A stretch of DNA of 63,967 bases, filler included, from Chiloscyllium plagiosum (GCF_004010195.1; 5 parts of one record of this genome joined end to end with filler, not necessarily neighbours in it); one strand, 5' to 3'. Shown: positions 27,570 to 41,729, counted from the whole stretch's first letter. Notes: generated by a model not told the origin, from the letters alone. Made by a program: numbers and translations.

Positions 27570-27870
27570 TAATGTGGACGTGCTGGTGTTGGACTGAGGT
27601 GGGCAATGTCAGCAGTCACACGGCACCAGGTTATAGTCCAACTGGTTTATTTGAAATCACAAGCTTTTGGAGCGCTGCTCCTTCATCACGTGAAGTAGAG
27701 AGAAGTGCACAGGCACAGAATATATAGGCATGTATATCATATATATATTCTGGTTTATAGGTGCGTATATTATATATATTCTGTGCCTGCATGCTTCTCT
27801 TCTCTTTACCTGACGACAGAGCAGTGCTTCGAAAGCTTGTGATTGGACCTGGTGTTGTGTGACTTCTGAT
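27570..27870. mobile_element. PLE pLTR inverted mini-insertion with 11-bp TSD and TA-rich palindromic centre
   Basis: TSD agttgtaacca at 27559-27569 and 27871-27881; degenerate hammerhead cores in both arms. Confidence 0.7.
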
Positions 27871-28559
27871 AGTTGTAACCAAATCTTGTGGTTTCCAAAT
27901 AGTTGGAGACTTTATGTACAGTGTCAGATACACATAGGGATCTATCTAATCTGCATTGAATATGTGATCGTTGCCCAGGAAGTTTGAACTTCCAATGGAC
28001 AATTATCCAGAAGCAAGAACCCTCCAAAAATGTCTGTGACTTTAAGTTAGAGTTGGAGGGCTTCAATTCATTAGCGTTTATTGTCACTGAAAAAGGTTAG
28101 ACAAATTGAAACTTTATCTAATTCCTGGCTAACTATAAAAATTACACCTGATTCACGCCACAGAACCTCATTCCATCACCCTTCACCACATCTGACATGA
28201 CCCAATCATCTGACTCCAAACACATATCACCCCTCTTGAATGCTTTTTACACATCCTACCATGATATCCAATGTCCCTCCCCAGTCCCCGTAACTGATCA
28301 ACTTCCTCATTGTCTACCCAACTGCACACACCCCATCCATCACCTGACTCCATATATTCCTATACCCATTTCCACTCACACTACCCAATCTCTAACTTCC
28401 TGCTATCCTAAACCATCCTCATCAACCTGCACTTAATCTTTGCATGCACCAGCCACATTAACCCCCACAACCACCTAAATTTTTATCCCTCACTCACTGC
28501 CACATTATTCATTCACCCATCTGCCTCCTATCTGCCAGTCTAGGGCCTCACCACTTGCC

Positions 28560-28955
28560 AGGAGACAATAAGTCTGCAGATGCTGGAGATCAGAGTTGAA
28601 AGTGTATTGCTGGGAAAGCACAGCAGGTCAGGCGGCATCCGAGGAGCAGGAAAATCGATATTTCAGGCTGGACCCCTTCATCAGGAATGAGGCTGGGAGC
28701 CCCGGGGGGAGTGGAGAGGTAAATGAGGAGGGGGTGGGAGAGGTGGGGGTGTGCTTGGGGGAAGGTGGCTGAGAGTCAATAGGTGGATGGAGGTGGGGGT
28801 GATGGTGATAGGTTGGAGAGGAGGGTGGAGTGGATGGGTGGGAAGGAAGATTGACAGATGGGTCAGGTCATGAGGGCAGTGCTGAGCTGGAAGGTTGGAA
28901 CTGGGGTAAGGTGGGGAGAGGGGAAATTAGGAAACTGGTTAAATCCACATTGAGG
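28560..28955 (-). mobile_element. PLE 3' end / pLTR with degenerate hammerhead
   Basis: Reverse complement of the element at 48020-48380; reads cctgatgaaggggtccagcctgaaatatc. Confidence 0.75.
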
Positions 28956-29829
28956 GCATCAAATATTCCAAATAATCTTCAAATCCACAACTTCTCTCCC
29001 AACATTACTCAGCCAATTGTGTGGTTCTCAACAATATTCATCATGTCCTTGTTCACTCCACAATCACCATCCAATACTCTGCTCCAATACTTAGTCCATT
29101 CCTTTGTACTTATTGACAGTGCTCACAATTTATCCCACTACAGTGCTCACACACCTGATTATACTCAACCCCCATTTCTCCACTTGTGCTTACCCCCACC
29201 TCCCACACCCAACAATGCTTCCCCTTCACCCTGCCCCAGAAAGACCTCATTCTCCCATCAATGCACTATCACTGGTAATATTCACTCCTCCAACAATTCT
29301 TATTTCCCCACCAATATTCACACACTACAATACTCACCCACCTCTGACAATCCTTTTCCATCCCCAGCAATGCTTACTTTCCCTGCATCACCAACGTTGC
29401 TCATTCCAGTCTTAATACGACTCCAATGTTTACCTCACCTCATACACACCCTACCTTCTGCGTATAACAACGCTACTTCGCTTGCAAAGCTCAAATTCTA
29501 CCCTCATCTCCAATCTTGACAATGCATATTCCAGATCTGTAATTCTCTCAAGTTGATATTCTCATGCCTCCAGACAATGCTCTGTCGGTCTACATCCCCA
29601 TGACTTACTATTTGGAATTTACTGGCTCCTGAGTACAGTTAGAACAGTATCTGGGTATGAGGTGTTGTGTTGGTGAGTAGTGTCAGTGGGCACTGCTTTA
29701 TGAGCATTGTCAGGTGTTATCAAGTAAGTATTGTTCGGGATGTGTGGTGATGCATGGCAGGAAGGGCAGTTGGTGAGGTCAGCATTGTCAGACTGTACAG
29801 GGCATGGGTGCATTGTGTTGAGGCTGCAC

Positions 29830-30640
29830 GGTGTAGATTAAGATCCTCAGACCTAGGAGCAGAAGTAAGCCATTCAGTGCGGTCATGGCTGATCAACCTC
29901 AACTCCACTTTACTGCATTTTCTTCATAACTCTCAATTCTTTTACTGATTAAACATTTACCTTGAATATATTTAACACTCCAGCTTCAACACCCCTCTGC
30001 AGTGAAGAATTCCACAGATTCATTACCATAAGATAAAAACAATCCTCATTTCCCTCTTACAAGATTCTGTCCTTATTCTGAAATTATGCCTTCTGACTCT
30101 AACCTCCCCCATAATGGGAAACAACCTTTCGACATCCATCTCTCAAGTCCCCTAAGAATCTTACATGTTTCAATAAATTTACTACTCATTCTTCTAAACT
30201 CCAATAAGTACATGTCCAACCTACTCAAATTCTCCTCATAAGAAAGACCCACCAGACCAGGGATTGACAAAGTGAACCTTCTATGCTGCCACAAATGCCA
30301 ATAGATCTTTCTTTAGATAAGGGGACCAAAACTGTTTACAGTATTCCAGCTGTGATCTGACTAGTAATTTTAAGTCTTAGAAGACCTCCCTATATTTGTA
30401 CTCCAGTCCCTTTGAAATAAAGGGCAACACTATATTTGCCTTTCCTATTATCCAATGAACCTAGATAAACCTAATGGACTATACCCTGGTGCTGTGTGAC
30501 TATTTGGACTTGGAATTCTATATCCCTATGTTCTGTAGCTTTCCAGAGTCTTTCTCCATTTTAGTAATAATCAGATTCTCTAAACTTCCTGCCAAAGTGC
30601 AAAACCTCTCATTTCCGCATGTTATATTTCATCTGTCAAA
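29830..30640 (-). mobile_element. CR1 3' fragment
   Basis: RRFTLSIPGLVGLSYEENLSRL..LEFRRM..IETCKILRGLE. Confidence 0.8.
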
Positions 30641-30644
30641 TTTT

Positions 30645-30975
30645 ATCGCTAGATTATTAATCCAGAATCTCAGTGAATTTCCTGGGGACCAGGGTTCAAA
30701 TCCAGCCATGGCAAATGGTGGAATTTGAATTTGATAAAGAATCTGGAAGTAAGGGTCTAATGATAGCCATGAAACTATTCTCGATTGTTGGTAAAGCCCA
30801 TCTGGTTCACTAATGTCCTTGAGGGAGGGAAATCTGTCATCCTTACCTTGTCTGGCTGACATGTGACTCCAGACTCATAGCAATGTAATTGACTCCTGAC
30901 TGCCTCTGGGCAATTAGTGAAGGCAATAAATTCTGACCTAGTGAGAGATGCCCACATCCTGTGAGTGATTTTTTT
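30645..30975 (+). mobile_element. tRNA-derived SINE (same family as 5625-5965)
   Basis: B-box-like gggttcaaatcc, tail gatgcccacatcctgtgagtg. Confidence 0.7.
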
Positions 30976-31093
30976 TAAAGAAATGAGCATCACAGCCCTT
31001 CGTATTAACTCACAGCCATCATGAAGAAAACAGTTTTAAAAATTAGTTTGCAGCTACTATCTAACTACAAGAACAGTGCCAAGTTATACTCCA

Positions 31094-31836
31094 TGTAACA
31101 AAGCTGCTCCTTTAACAAGGTTATGTTGTCCTTGGTTTTTTTCAGAGAGGTAGTAAAAGACACGGATTCTGAAAAGTCTAAGTTGTAGCTAACAGATACA
31201 GCCTCAGGCAAAAGGCTTTTAAGTTCTTGAAAAAAAACACTAGTACAATGTGAGGGGAGTGGACGGTTCTCCGAGCTGAGCTTGTCTCTGGTTTGGTTTG
31301 GTTTTTAGCAGTAGAGTTGGAAAAGCTGCTGGACTCCAAAGAAGCAGGCTGAACCTCTGACTTCTCTTCTGTAAGACTCTGCGTTTGATTTTACCATTGG
31401 CCAAGGGATGTTTATGAAGATTATTGCAAGTATTTGGAACAGCATCAATAAGTTGGTATAGTCTGTTGGATTTTCAGATAGGTTAAATTATTCGGTATTT
31501 TGTTCTCTTTTGTTTGTGTTTCATTCAATAATCTTGTAAATAAATTCTGTTTCGTTAGGTTAGTTGAATTGGCCATGCTAAATTGCCGGTAGTGTTAGGA
31601 GAAGGGGTATATGTAGGGAATGGGTCTGGGTGGGTTGCTCTTCGGAGGGTCAGTGGACTTGTTGGGCCAAAGGCCTGTTTCCACACTGTAAGAAATCTAA
31701 ATCTAAATCTTAAAACTAAGTGGTTAGACGAATTGCATTTCTCCTGGAATATCCACTGTACACCCGCTTAAAACAACTAGCAAAGTTAGGGTCTGGGCTA
31801 CTTTCTAGAAATGTTCATTTCAAATGGTTTATAACA
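31094..31836 (+). mobile_element. Solo LTR with 4-bp TSD, containing an HE1 SINE fragment (~31555-31710)
   Basis: TGTAACA...ATAACA termini; TCCA directly on both sides (31090-31093 and 31837-31840); AATAAA near 31539. Confidence 0.7.
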
Positions 31837-33377
31837 TCCAAGCTGTTTATTTGAAATCAGAATCTTTCAGAGCACTGCTCCTTCATTATGTAAAATGGCC
31901 CACTTCAGCTGAACAAGGAGTAGCGTTTCAAAAGCCTGTGATTTAAAATAAACCTGTTGGACTATACCCTGGTGCTGTGTGACTTCTGATTTTGTCCATC
32001 TGAATCCAATACTGACACCTTTACATCATTACAAGACCACTGTCATAAATTTCAATCATTATCTAGAAATCAGGAAGCAACCTCTAATCCCTCCATTGTA
32101 TGGATTGTTTTGAAGAAATGTGTTTTAGTTCATGTCAAAAATAGAGAATGTGGTTTTGCTGCAGGTAGACTCCCTCATTAGAACTCCCAATTCACCTCAT
32201 CACTGGATTGAACTTGTAGCTAGGATTGGAAGGTCCAGAGGCATAAAAGCATAAAACATTATAACTGGGTTAGGGGAGTGTATACCCCCTCATATGTTCC
32301 CAAAATATCTGTACCTATTCTTCTCGACTGTCACTGCAGCTGCTAAAGATTTCTGTCTCACTTGCACATTTAAGGGGCTGAATGCTTGTTTTAGCCAGCT
32401 ACAAACACTGAAAAAAATGGTCCAACTCAATATCAGGTCAAACACGTTTCTTGTATTCTTAGTCATTGTCTGCCTTGCCTATAAAATAGACAAAATGATC
32501 ACATTTTCTTCAGATTTTGCAAACTAATTTTTGAAAACTTTTTTTAGGTTTACTCTTTGTTCCTGATTTAGCCTTCTGATATATGATCAATGGTTTTTTG
32601 ACTCTATATTTGTAAGTCATTAATAAGCTACCAGCCTTTTGAAATAACCCAACTGTCAGAATAGAATTGAACCAATCAAATACCAATGTTGGTCTTTCTC
32701 TACTAGATGTTACCTGACCACTCCAATTCTTTCTCAACTGCAATTAGGAATTGACAACAAGTACTGGTTTTGTCAGCAATGTCCATGTCCCATGGATAAA
32801 TAAAAAAAACATTTACAATCAGCTGCAAATTTCATAAATTGCTATTCTAAGACTTGCTTAGTTCTTGTCAGAAATCAAATACGTTTGTAACTTAATTTGT
32901 GATTAATTATCAGTTTGTTGACTTTTTTAAAAGTTATTGAAAATTATTAGTAGAACTGTAACTTCTAAGGGAATCTAGAATATTCTGAAGATTTTAATTA
33001 AGTTGTTAGCAGGATCAAATTCTCAAAGAACAAATGTCACATCTATTTTGGAGATTTAATGCCTCATGAACTGAACTTAATTTAATAACATGTTCGTAGT
33101 TTAAATTGGTCCAAAATCCCTCTTGGCCAGATAGACAATCATCTCAAATGTGACACAGGAATAGTTGGGAAAATAAAACTACAAAAAAGTAAATGGAATA
33201 GAGAACAGCGGGGAAAGCGATTTTGAGCTTGGGGAAGCAAGATTCAACTGCAGCAGATGAACATTGAGACTGGGCCTTTTAATATTCCAGTAGTAAAGTG
33301 GGAATCTTGCATTTGGATTAAGGCTTCTGACACCTGAAAGCTTTCTCAAATCCAGAAATTCATTGCAAACAAAATTA

Positions 33378-34026
33378 CAGAGGAACCTCGATGATCCGAA
33401 CGAGATGGGTTGGCACTACTTCGTTCAGATAATCGATTATACAGATAATCGATTTTACCTTAAACAAGGGAAGTCATGCTGATCAAATGCTGTGCTCTAC
33501 CAGAGAATTTTAAAAAAATTTATAATATTAATGAGTCAGCCATTTAAACAAACTAATCCTTGCAGTCTGCAATTACAGGTTAATATGAGAAGGACTTATC
33601 ATCACATAAATACTGTGTATCAAATCCCAGCATTAAACAAGGTCCCAAACAGCTTCTACAACCACAAGAGCATTTGTCAGTTTCCAGGAACTCAGTCTTG
33701 CGATAGAAAGATGGAAGTACTGCCTTGCACATGCGTTTACATTCACGGCCTTTTTTTTAAAAAAGAATAGCCCAGTAAAGTGATGGGAATACTGTAAAAC
33801 ACTTTTGTAAAGGGCTGTGTAACAACCCTTACCTAAAAAAAATCCAGTTGCTGATGTTTGAGCTGCTTGTATTTCTTCGTTTTTGCCAGCGTTTTCACAT
33901 GTTCTTCAGTACAGATAAATTGAATACACTTACGTCTTTGTTGTAACATTTTTGTGGGACCTTGAAATCTTCTTTGGGTAATCCGAAATTCGGATAATCG
34001 ATATTCAGATAATTGAGGTTCCACTG
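33378..34026. mobile_element. Non-autonomous Tc1/mariner (pogo/Tigger-like) DNA transposon
   Basis: TIRs CAGAGGAACCTCGATGATCCGAA / TTCAGATAATTGAGGTTCCACTG with TA on both flanks. Confidence 0.75.
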
Positions 34027-35399
34027 TATATTCAAATCTGAAATAGAATGACTGTAACTGCACCAAGATATATGAAAACACAATGTTTGATGACACTAGT
34101 AACACACTTTATAATGGATCTTGTGAATTGTTGTTAGATTCTCTGACTGTGTCCCCAGTCACTTTCCTTTAAGTATGGATAAAATTGCTGATGTGTGCAG
34201 TTCTTAACAGCTCATTTGGTACTGATTGCCTGATATTAGAACATACAAAGTAAAAGCGCTATTAAAGAGAAAGACTACTCCATTTGAAATTATGAAATGT
34301 CCATGCTGAAAGTGGAAACATATCAATGACAACGTGGATATTTTAGCAATTATGATTGGACCTAAAATAGTACAACAAAGTGCCAACGCTGCTTAGAGAT
34401 GTTTTCTGCGTAATGGAAATGAATAGAAATTATTGACAATTTCCACTATCTCTTAAAACTACATTAAAAGCACAAAAGAGAGGGTAAAAGCTCATCTGTG
34501 ATAAATGCTCAAGACAATGCTTAAGATAACAAGCTGGATTTTCATGGTGACAGGGAAACTCCTTGGTGGGTGGAAATGGCAGCAAGGACTCAATTGCAGG
34601 ATTCTCAAATGCATTCCCATTCCAAATTTCAACAGTTCAGATCAACACCTCATACCCTGCACACCTCATCTGGTCAGCTCCATTGTGGAGATAGGAATGT
34701 CCTAGTCCTCTGCAGTTTTCATGGTGTCAGACAAGCTTTTAAAGGACTCGTAGTTCACCACACCAAACAAATGTGTGTATACTACAGTCCAAATGAAGGA
34801 ATCTTTGGAAAATAAGTGGAAGGTCTTACCTATGATCAGTCTAAGCTCCCCAATCACTCCTAATGGCTGTTCATGTGCTCCATGTCAAGGTATGACACTT
34901 CTATTCAATTACAATGCATTATGTATGAACTCGAGAGTGGCACTAGGATGTGTTTAAAAAGCGGTTAAAAGGTCTTCCATTCATGACGGCCCAATAGAAG
35001 TCTCAATCATCCTGACCCTTTACAATATCAAAAGCAGAATCTGCAAGCATCTAAAATCTCTTTATTTTGTGTAAATATACAATGTGAAATTATCAGAAGA
35101 GATGAGAACTAGAGTAGTAAATTGAACAATGTTTTTTCCTATGGCACAGTTTTTGTCTGCACTTCGTGAATATCTGGCCTCTCGGACAAGAATACGATAC
35201 ATAATTATATCCTAACATATGCATTGTATTAACCCAAGCATTATCCTTCTCAAGTCTACTGCAACACATCACTTCTCATGACAATTTACTGTTTTAGTCT
35301 GTCCATCATGCACCATCATCATATTCTCACATGTCCATCCATACTGATATGCAGCATTATCTTCATTAAACTGTATGCTTCTTCTTCACAGTCACACTC

Positions 35400-36020
35400 A
35401 ACAAACAAGACTTGTGCTCCAGAGCTTACCACACCCTTAGTCAAGCTATTCCAATATAGCTCTGAGATTGGCATCTACCCAACAAAGTGGAGAATTGCCC
35501 ACATATTTTCTGTGCACAAAAAATAGGATAAATCTTGGCCAATTACCAACCATCAGTCTCCCCTCAATCATCAATAAAGTGAGAGAATCTGTCATCAACA
35601 ATGCTATCAAGCAGCACTTGCTTCACAATAATGTGTTCATTCATGCTCAGCTCCTTACCTCATTATAGCTAAGATGAGGTAATAATCATGAATAAAAAAG
35701 AAACCAAACTCCAGAGGTGAAGTGAGTGTCACTGCTTTTAACATCAAATCTGCAATCAACTAAGCATGACACTTAACAGCTCTGGTAAAACTGAAGTCAA
35801 TGGGAATCAGAGGGAAACTCTCCACTGGTTTGAGTCATACCGAGCACAGAAGGCAGTTGTGGTTGATGCCAATAATCTTAGCTCTGGGACAACACTTCAG
35901 GACTTTGTCAAAGTAGTCTGCTAGGCTCCAAAACTCTTCAGTTGCTGCATCAATAACCTTCCCTCATAATGTTGGAGGTAAGAATAGTTGCTGATGATTG
36001 CGCAATGTTCAACTTCATTC
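35400..36020 (+). mobile_element. Old CR1/L2-like LINE RT fragment; appears to continue at 37875-38325 and 40575-40960
   Basis: CAPELTTPLVKLFQYS..GIYPTKWRIA..VHKK; ISLPSIINKVRESVINNAIKQHL. Confidence 0.65.
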
Positions 36021-36029
36021 ATCGGTAGA

Positions 36030-37870
36030 ATATAGAAAATACAGCAAAAATACAGTATAGGCCGTTCGACCTTTGATGTTGCGCCAACCTGTGAAACCAA
36101 TCTGAAGCCCCTCTAACCTACACTATTCCATTATCATCCATACATTTATCCAATGACCATTTCAATGCCCTTAAAGTTGGCAAGTTTACTATTATTGCAG
36201 GCAGGGCATTCCACACCCCTACTACTGTCTGAGTAAAGAACCTACCTCTGACATCTGTCCTACATCTATCACCCCTCAATTTAAAACTATGTCCCCTTGT
36301 GCTAGCCATCACCATCCGAGGAAAATGATTCTCATTGTCCACCCTATCTCATCCACTGATGATCTTGTATGCCTCTATTAAGTCACTTCTTAACCTTCTT
36401 AACCTTCTTCTCTCTAACGAAAACAGTCTCAAGGCCTTAGCCTTTCCTGACATTCCCTCCATTCCAGGCAACATCCTGGTAAGTCTCCTCTGTACCCTTT
36501 CCGATGTTTCCACATCCTTCCTATAAAGTGGCAACAAGAACTGTACGCAACACTCCAAGTGCGGCTGCACCAGAGTTTTGTAGAGTTGAAGCGTGACCTC
36601 ATGGTTCCAAAACGTAATCCCTCTACCAATAAAAGTGAACACACCCATATGCCTTCTTAACAACCCTATCAACTTGGGTGGCAACTTTCAGGGATCTATG
36701 CACATGGACACCAAGATCTCTGCTCATCCACACTACCAAGAATCTTACCATGATTCGGAGATGCCGGTGTTGGACTGGGGTGTACAAAGTTAAAAATCAC
36801 ACAACACCAGGTTATAGTCCAACAGGTTTAATTGGAAGCACACTAGCTTTCTGAGCGACGCTCCTTCATCAGGTGATTGTGACAATCACCTGATGAAGGA
36901 GCGTCGCTCCGAAACCTAGTGTGCTTCCAATTAAATCTGTTGGACTATAACCTGGTGTTGTGTGATTTTTAAGAATCTTACCATTAGCCCAGTATTCTTT
37001 CTTCCTGTTACTCCTTCCAAAGTGAATCACCTCACACTTTTCCGCATTAAACTCCATTTGCCACCTCTCAGCCTAGCTCTATAGCTTATCTATGTCTCTC
37101 TGAAACCTGCAACATCCTTCCGCACTGTCCACAACTCAACCGACTTCAGTGTCATCTGCAAATTTACCAAACTATCCTTCTATACACTCATCCAGGTCAT
37201 TTATAAAAATGACAAACAGCAGTGGCCCCAAAATAGATCCTTGCAGTATACAACGAGTAACTGAACTTGAGGATGAACATTTCCCATCAATCACCACCCT
37301 CTGTTTTCTTTCAGCTCGCCAATTTCTGGTCCAAACTGCTAAATTATACTCAATCCCATGCCTCTGTATTTTTTACAATAGCCTACTGTGGGGAACCTTA
37401 TCAAAAACTTCACTGAAATCCAGATACACCACATTAACTGCTTTACCCTCATCCACTGTTTGGTCACCTTCTCAAAGAACTCAATAAGTTTTGTGAGGCA
37501 CGACCTACCATTCACAAAACTGTGTTGACTATCCCTATTCAAATTATTCCTTTCTAGATGATTATCATCTCTTATAATCCTTTCCAACACTTTACCCATA
37601 ACCGAAGTAAGGCTCACTGGTCTATAATTACCAGGGTTGTCTCTTCTCCCCTTCTTGAAGAAGGGGACATTTGCTATCCTCCAGTCTTTGAACACCATTC
37701 CTGTAGACAGCAACAGCATAAAGATTAAAGCCAAAGGCTCTGCAAACTCCTCCCTAGCTTCCCAGAGAATCGAAGGATTAATCCCATTCAGCCCAGGGGA
37801 CGTACTTATTTTTACAGGTTCCAGAATTGGTAACACCTCCTCCTTATGAACCTCAATCCATCTAGTCTAA
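36030..37870 (-). mobile_element. CR1 ORF2 RT and 3' end
   Basis: KDWRIANVPFFKKG..NYRPVSLTS; MEFNAEKCEVIHFG; GRFFTQTVVGVWNALP. Confidence 0.9.
36752..36970. mobile_element. PLE pLTR hairpin mini-insertion with 14-bp TSD
   Basis: TSD aagaatcttaccat at 36738-36751 and 36971-36984; ~91-bp inverted arms around G36881; CTGATGA-A-GGAGC-gtc-GCTCC-GAAA core. Confidence 0.85.
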
Positions 37871-38454
37871 TTCATGATTCCTCAGATACCAAATCAGTCC
37901 ATATCCAAATGTAGCAAGATTGGACATTATCAAGGGTTGGGCTGACACATGGCAAGTAATATTGGTACCCCATTCATGACAGACAAGGACATCTCCAATA
38001 ATAGTGAAATTAACCTTCGACCCTTGATATTCAATGCCTTGACCATCACTGAACCACCCACTATCAACATCCTGGAGGCTACTATTAACGAGGAACTGTA
38101 CAGGACTAGCCCTACAAACACTGTGGTTCGAAGAACAGGTCAGACATGCTGTAGCAAATTATTCATCCTAACTTCTCAAAGCCTGTCCAGCATCCACAAG
38201 GCACAGGTTGGAAGTGAAACGGAATATTTTCCATTTTCTTTGATGAGAGCAGCTCCAAAAACACTCAAGAATCTTGCTATCATCCAGGACAAATCAGCCA
38301 CTTGATTGGCAACACATCTAGAAACATTTAAGACGAGGCTTCATGTGAAAGTGAAAAACACGGCAAAGTAAATGACAGTAGTTATGAGGCAAGAAGTGAA
38401 GAAATTAGTTTGGGCATGGCAGATTGAAGATAAATCCACATCTAACATGTGAAT

Positions 38455-38790
38455 TATAGAATCCCTGTTGTGTGGAAGCAGCCCATTAGCCCATTGAGCC
38501 CACACTAACTCTCTGAACAGCATCCAACCCAGACCTATCCCCCGGGTTTCTATTCCCGCATTTCCCACACCTAATATACCTTGCCTGCACACTATGAGCA
38601 ACTTAGCATGGCCAATCCACCTAATCTACACATCTTTGGACTGTGGGCGGAAACCAGAGCACCCAGAGGAAACTCACGCAGTCAGGGGAAGAATGTGCAA
38701 ACTGCACACAGACAGTAGCCCAAGCCTGCAATTGTACATAGGTTCTTGGCACTGTGAGGCAATAGTGCTGACTAGTAAGCTACCATTGTG
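38455..38790 (-). mobile_element. HE1-type V-SINE
   Basis: Reverse complement of 55011-55340; V-domain ctgcgtgagtttcctctgggtgctctggtttcc. Confidence 0.8.
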
Positions 38791-38799
38791 TGGGAATCT

Positions 38800-40570
38800 T
38801 TTTAAGACCAGTTGATCAGAGTTGAGGGCCAGTACAATGAGGATGAAAGGTTAGGATGGCAAGATTTGGGAACCTTGGATGGCAAGAGAACTTAAATGTT
38901 TAGTCTAAATGAAAAAGGAAGCATACGTAAGGTTTAGGAAACTGCAATCAAATAAGGCCCTTTAGGGATATAAAGGAAACAGAAAAGAACTTAAACAAGA
39001 AATTAGGAGGGTTAGATGGGGCCACGAAATTTCCTCAGAAAGTAATATTAAGCTGATTCCAAGGCATTTTATACACTATGTAAGGAGCAAGAGGATAGCT
39101 AGGGAAAGGGTAAGTCCACTCAAGGATAAAGGAGGGAATTTATGCATAGATCCAGGAGAAGTGAGTGAGGTCTTTTCTGAGTACTTGGCATTGGTATTCA
39201 CTAAGAAGAAAGACACAGATAATGGTAAGATTAGGGAGGTGTATGTTGGTAATCTGATGCACATTAACATTAAGGTGGTGTTGGTATCTTGAGAAACATT
39301 AAGATAGATAAGTCTCCAGTGCCTGATGGGATCTACCCTAGGATATTGAAGGAAGAATGAGAAGAGATTTCTGGGACCTTGACAGAGATGTTTGCATCCT
39401 CTTTAGCCACAGGCAAGATCCCAGAAGACTGGAGAATAACAGGGACAATACAGGAAATTCTGGGGCAGTGAGCCTTACATCTTAAGTAGGAACATTATTG
39501 GAGAAGATTCTGAGGACAGGAGTTATTCATGTTTGGAAAAGAATTGAATTATTAGGGATAGTCAGCATAACTTCATGATGGGGAGTTCTTGTCTGACTGG
39601 ACATCTGTGATTTGTGGTGTTCTGCAAGTATAAGTGCTGGAACCTCTCTTTTTGTAATATATATAATGACTTAGATGAAAATGTAAGTTGTTTGATTATT
39701 AAGTTTGCACATGATACAAAAGTTGGTGGGGTTATGGATAATAAGGAAGATTATCAAAGGCTACAGCAGGACATAGACCAGATGGAAAGTTGGGTGAAAC
39801 AATGGCAGATGGAGTTTAATTCCCATTTTTGGGAGGTCAAATGCCAGAGGAAACCATAAACTTAATGGCAGGACCCTTTGGAGCATTGATATACAGATGG
39901 ATCTTAGGTATCCAAGCCCATAGCTCCCTGAAATAGCAACACAAATAAATAGATGGTAAAGAAGACGTTTGGCATGCTTGCCTTCATTGGTCAGAGTGTT
40001 CGGTATATAGTTGACAGGTCATGTTGCAACTGTTCAGCTGTTGACTTCATAGTAAAGGGCACACTTGGAATACTGTGTTCAATCTGCTCCCCACAATAAA
40101 GGAAGGGTTTTGAGACCTTACAGAGTGTGAAAAAGAGGTTTACTGTGATGCTGCCTGAATTGGACCACATTAACAATAAGAAGATTTTGGACAAACCTGG
40201 ATTGTTTTTCTAGAAGCTGAGGGGTAACCTGATAAAAGTATATAAATTTATGACAGGCAAGCATAGGGTAGATGTTTGGAGTCTTTTTTCCAAGGGTGCA
40301 AGCATAATCTTAAGGTGAGAGGAGAAATGTTTAAGGGAGATGTGTGAGGATGTCTTTTTACACAGAGGGTAGAGCACGCTGGCAGGGGAGGTGGTGGAAG
40401 CAGATACATTAGCAAAGTTTAAGTGGCACTTAGATAGACACACAAATAGGAGGGAATAGAGGGAGATGGACCACATACAGGCAGATGGGATTACTTTAGA
40501 ATGGCATCATTGTGACGCACAGTCATGGTGGGCCAAAGGACATGTTCGTGTGCTATACTGTTCTATGCAC
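38800..40570 (+). mobile_element. Degenerate CR1 ORF2 with deletions
   Basis: IYNDLDENVSCLIIKFAHDTKVGG..WQMEFN; CR1 3' tail. Confidence 0.8.
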
Positions 40571-41729
40571 ATTCACTTTCTCCACCATTGACGCTCAGTT
40601 GTAGCGGTATGTACCAACTAAAGGATGCACTGCTGAAATTCACCAGGACTCCTTATGCAATACCTTCAAAACCCATGACCACTATCACCTTGAAGGACAA
40701 GGGTAGAAGATATATGGAAACATCACCACCAAGTTCCTCTCCAAACAAATCACCCTGGAGGCTTGGGAATATATTGCTGTTCTTTCACTGTTGTTGGATC
40801 AAAATCCTGGAAGCCATCCTCTTCCCCTCCACAGCACTGTGGTTGTAACTACATGAAATGAACTGTAGTAGGTCAAAGCGAAAACCCACTAACACGTTCC
40901 TTAGGGTAATTATAGATGACAAAAAAATGCTGGTCTAGCCAGCAAAGCCTATAATCCCAAATTTTAAAAATGCTTTTCATCTATCTGTTGTACATATTTC
41001 ATTTTGCATATTCATTTATGTCCTCCCAGAAGGAGAAGGCAGCACAGAACCCAAGGTAGCCCTCTGTTTATCTCACAGCTTGTGTAGGTCAAGGCACTAG
41101 ACACCTGCAGACACTTGGTGTGCTTGGCCGTTGGAGATGGAAAATGATGCTACATGAGGCAGAATTAAATATCAAGCACTCACATAATGTACACCATTCA
41201 TTCAATTTGACTTGATGTCAGTTACAGGTGAAATGTGATGATTTGCATAATGATTACTTAAAACATCTGACCTTGACAATTCTGTTTGAAATTATTAATA
41301 TGCAACAACATTCCTTTGATGCACCTTCAAAGGAATCATCATTACAGGACTCATGTGAACCATGTACCAACTCAGATATTCAAAATTTGGTGGATTGGGA
41401 AGGAAGAAAGATGGGTTTTCATTTAATGACTCACAAACCGCAGATAATGGAGGTGGTGGAAAGTTTCCCTCAGACTTCTTTCAGTTGGATGTAAATGTTG
41501 AACCTCAGTCCCATCAATAAGGAAAATGTGCAGAAACATGTGGGCTCAGCCCCCAGCAGAACAGGTCTACTTTTGGATTGGCGCCTAATTTCCCAATGTA
41601 CAGGCTTTCCCAAAGCTCTTGGCATCAGCATCCCACCTGTGGATTCTCTGCAAATCCGTTCTGTCAATGTTAGAGTTCTAATTATGTGATTGTTATTAAT
41701 TGAGCTCACCAGAACTTGGATTTTTGAGC

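Noticed and set aside
28830..29519. 229-aa Pro/His/Thr-rich ORF
   Set aside because: Starts inside an antisense PLE end and runs through a C/A-biased tract depleted of stops; no domain recognised.
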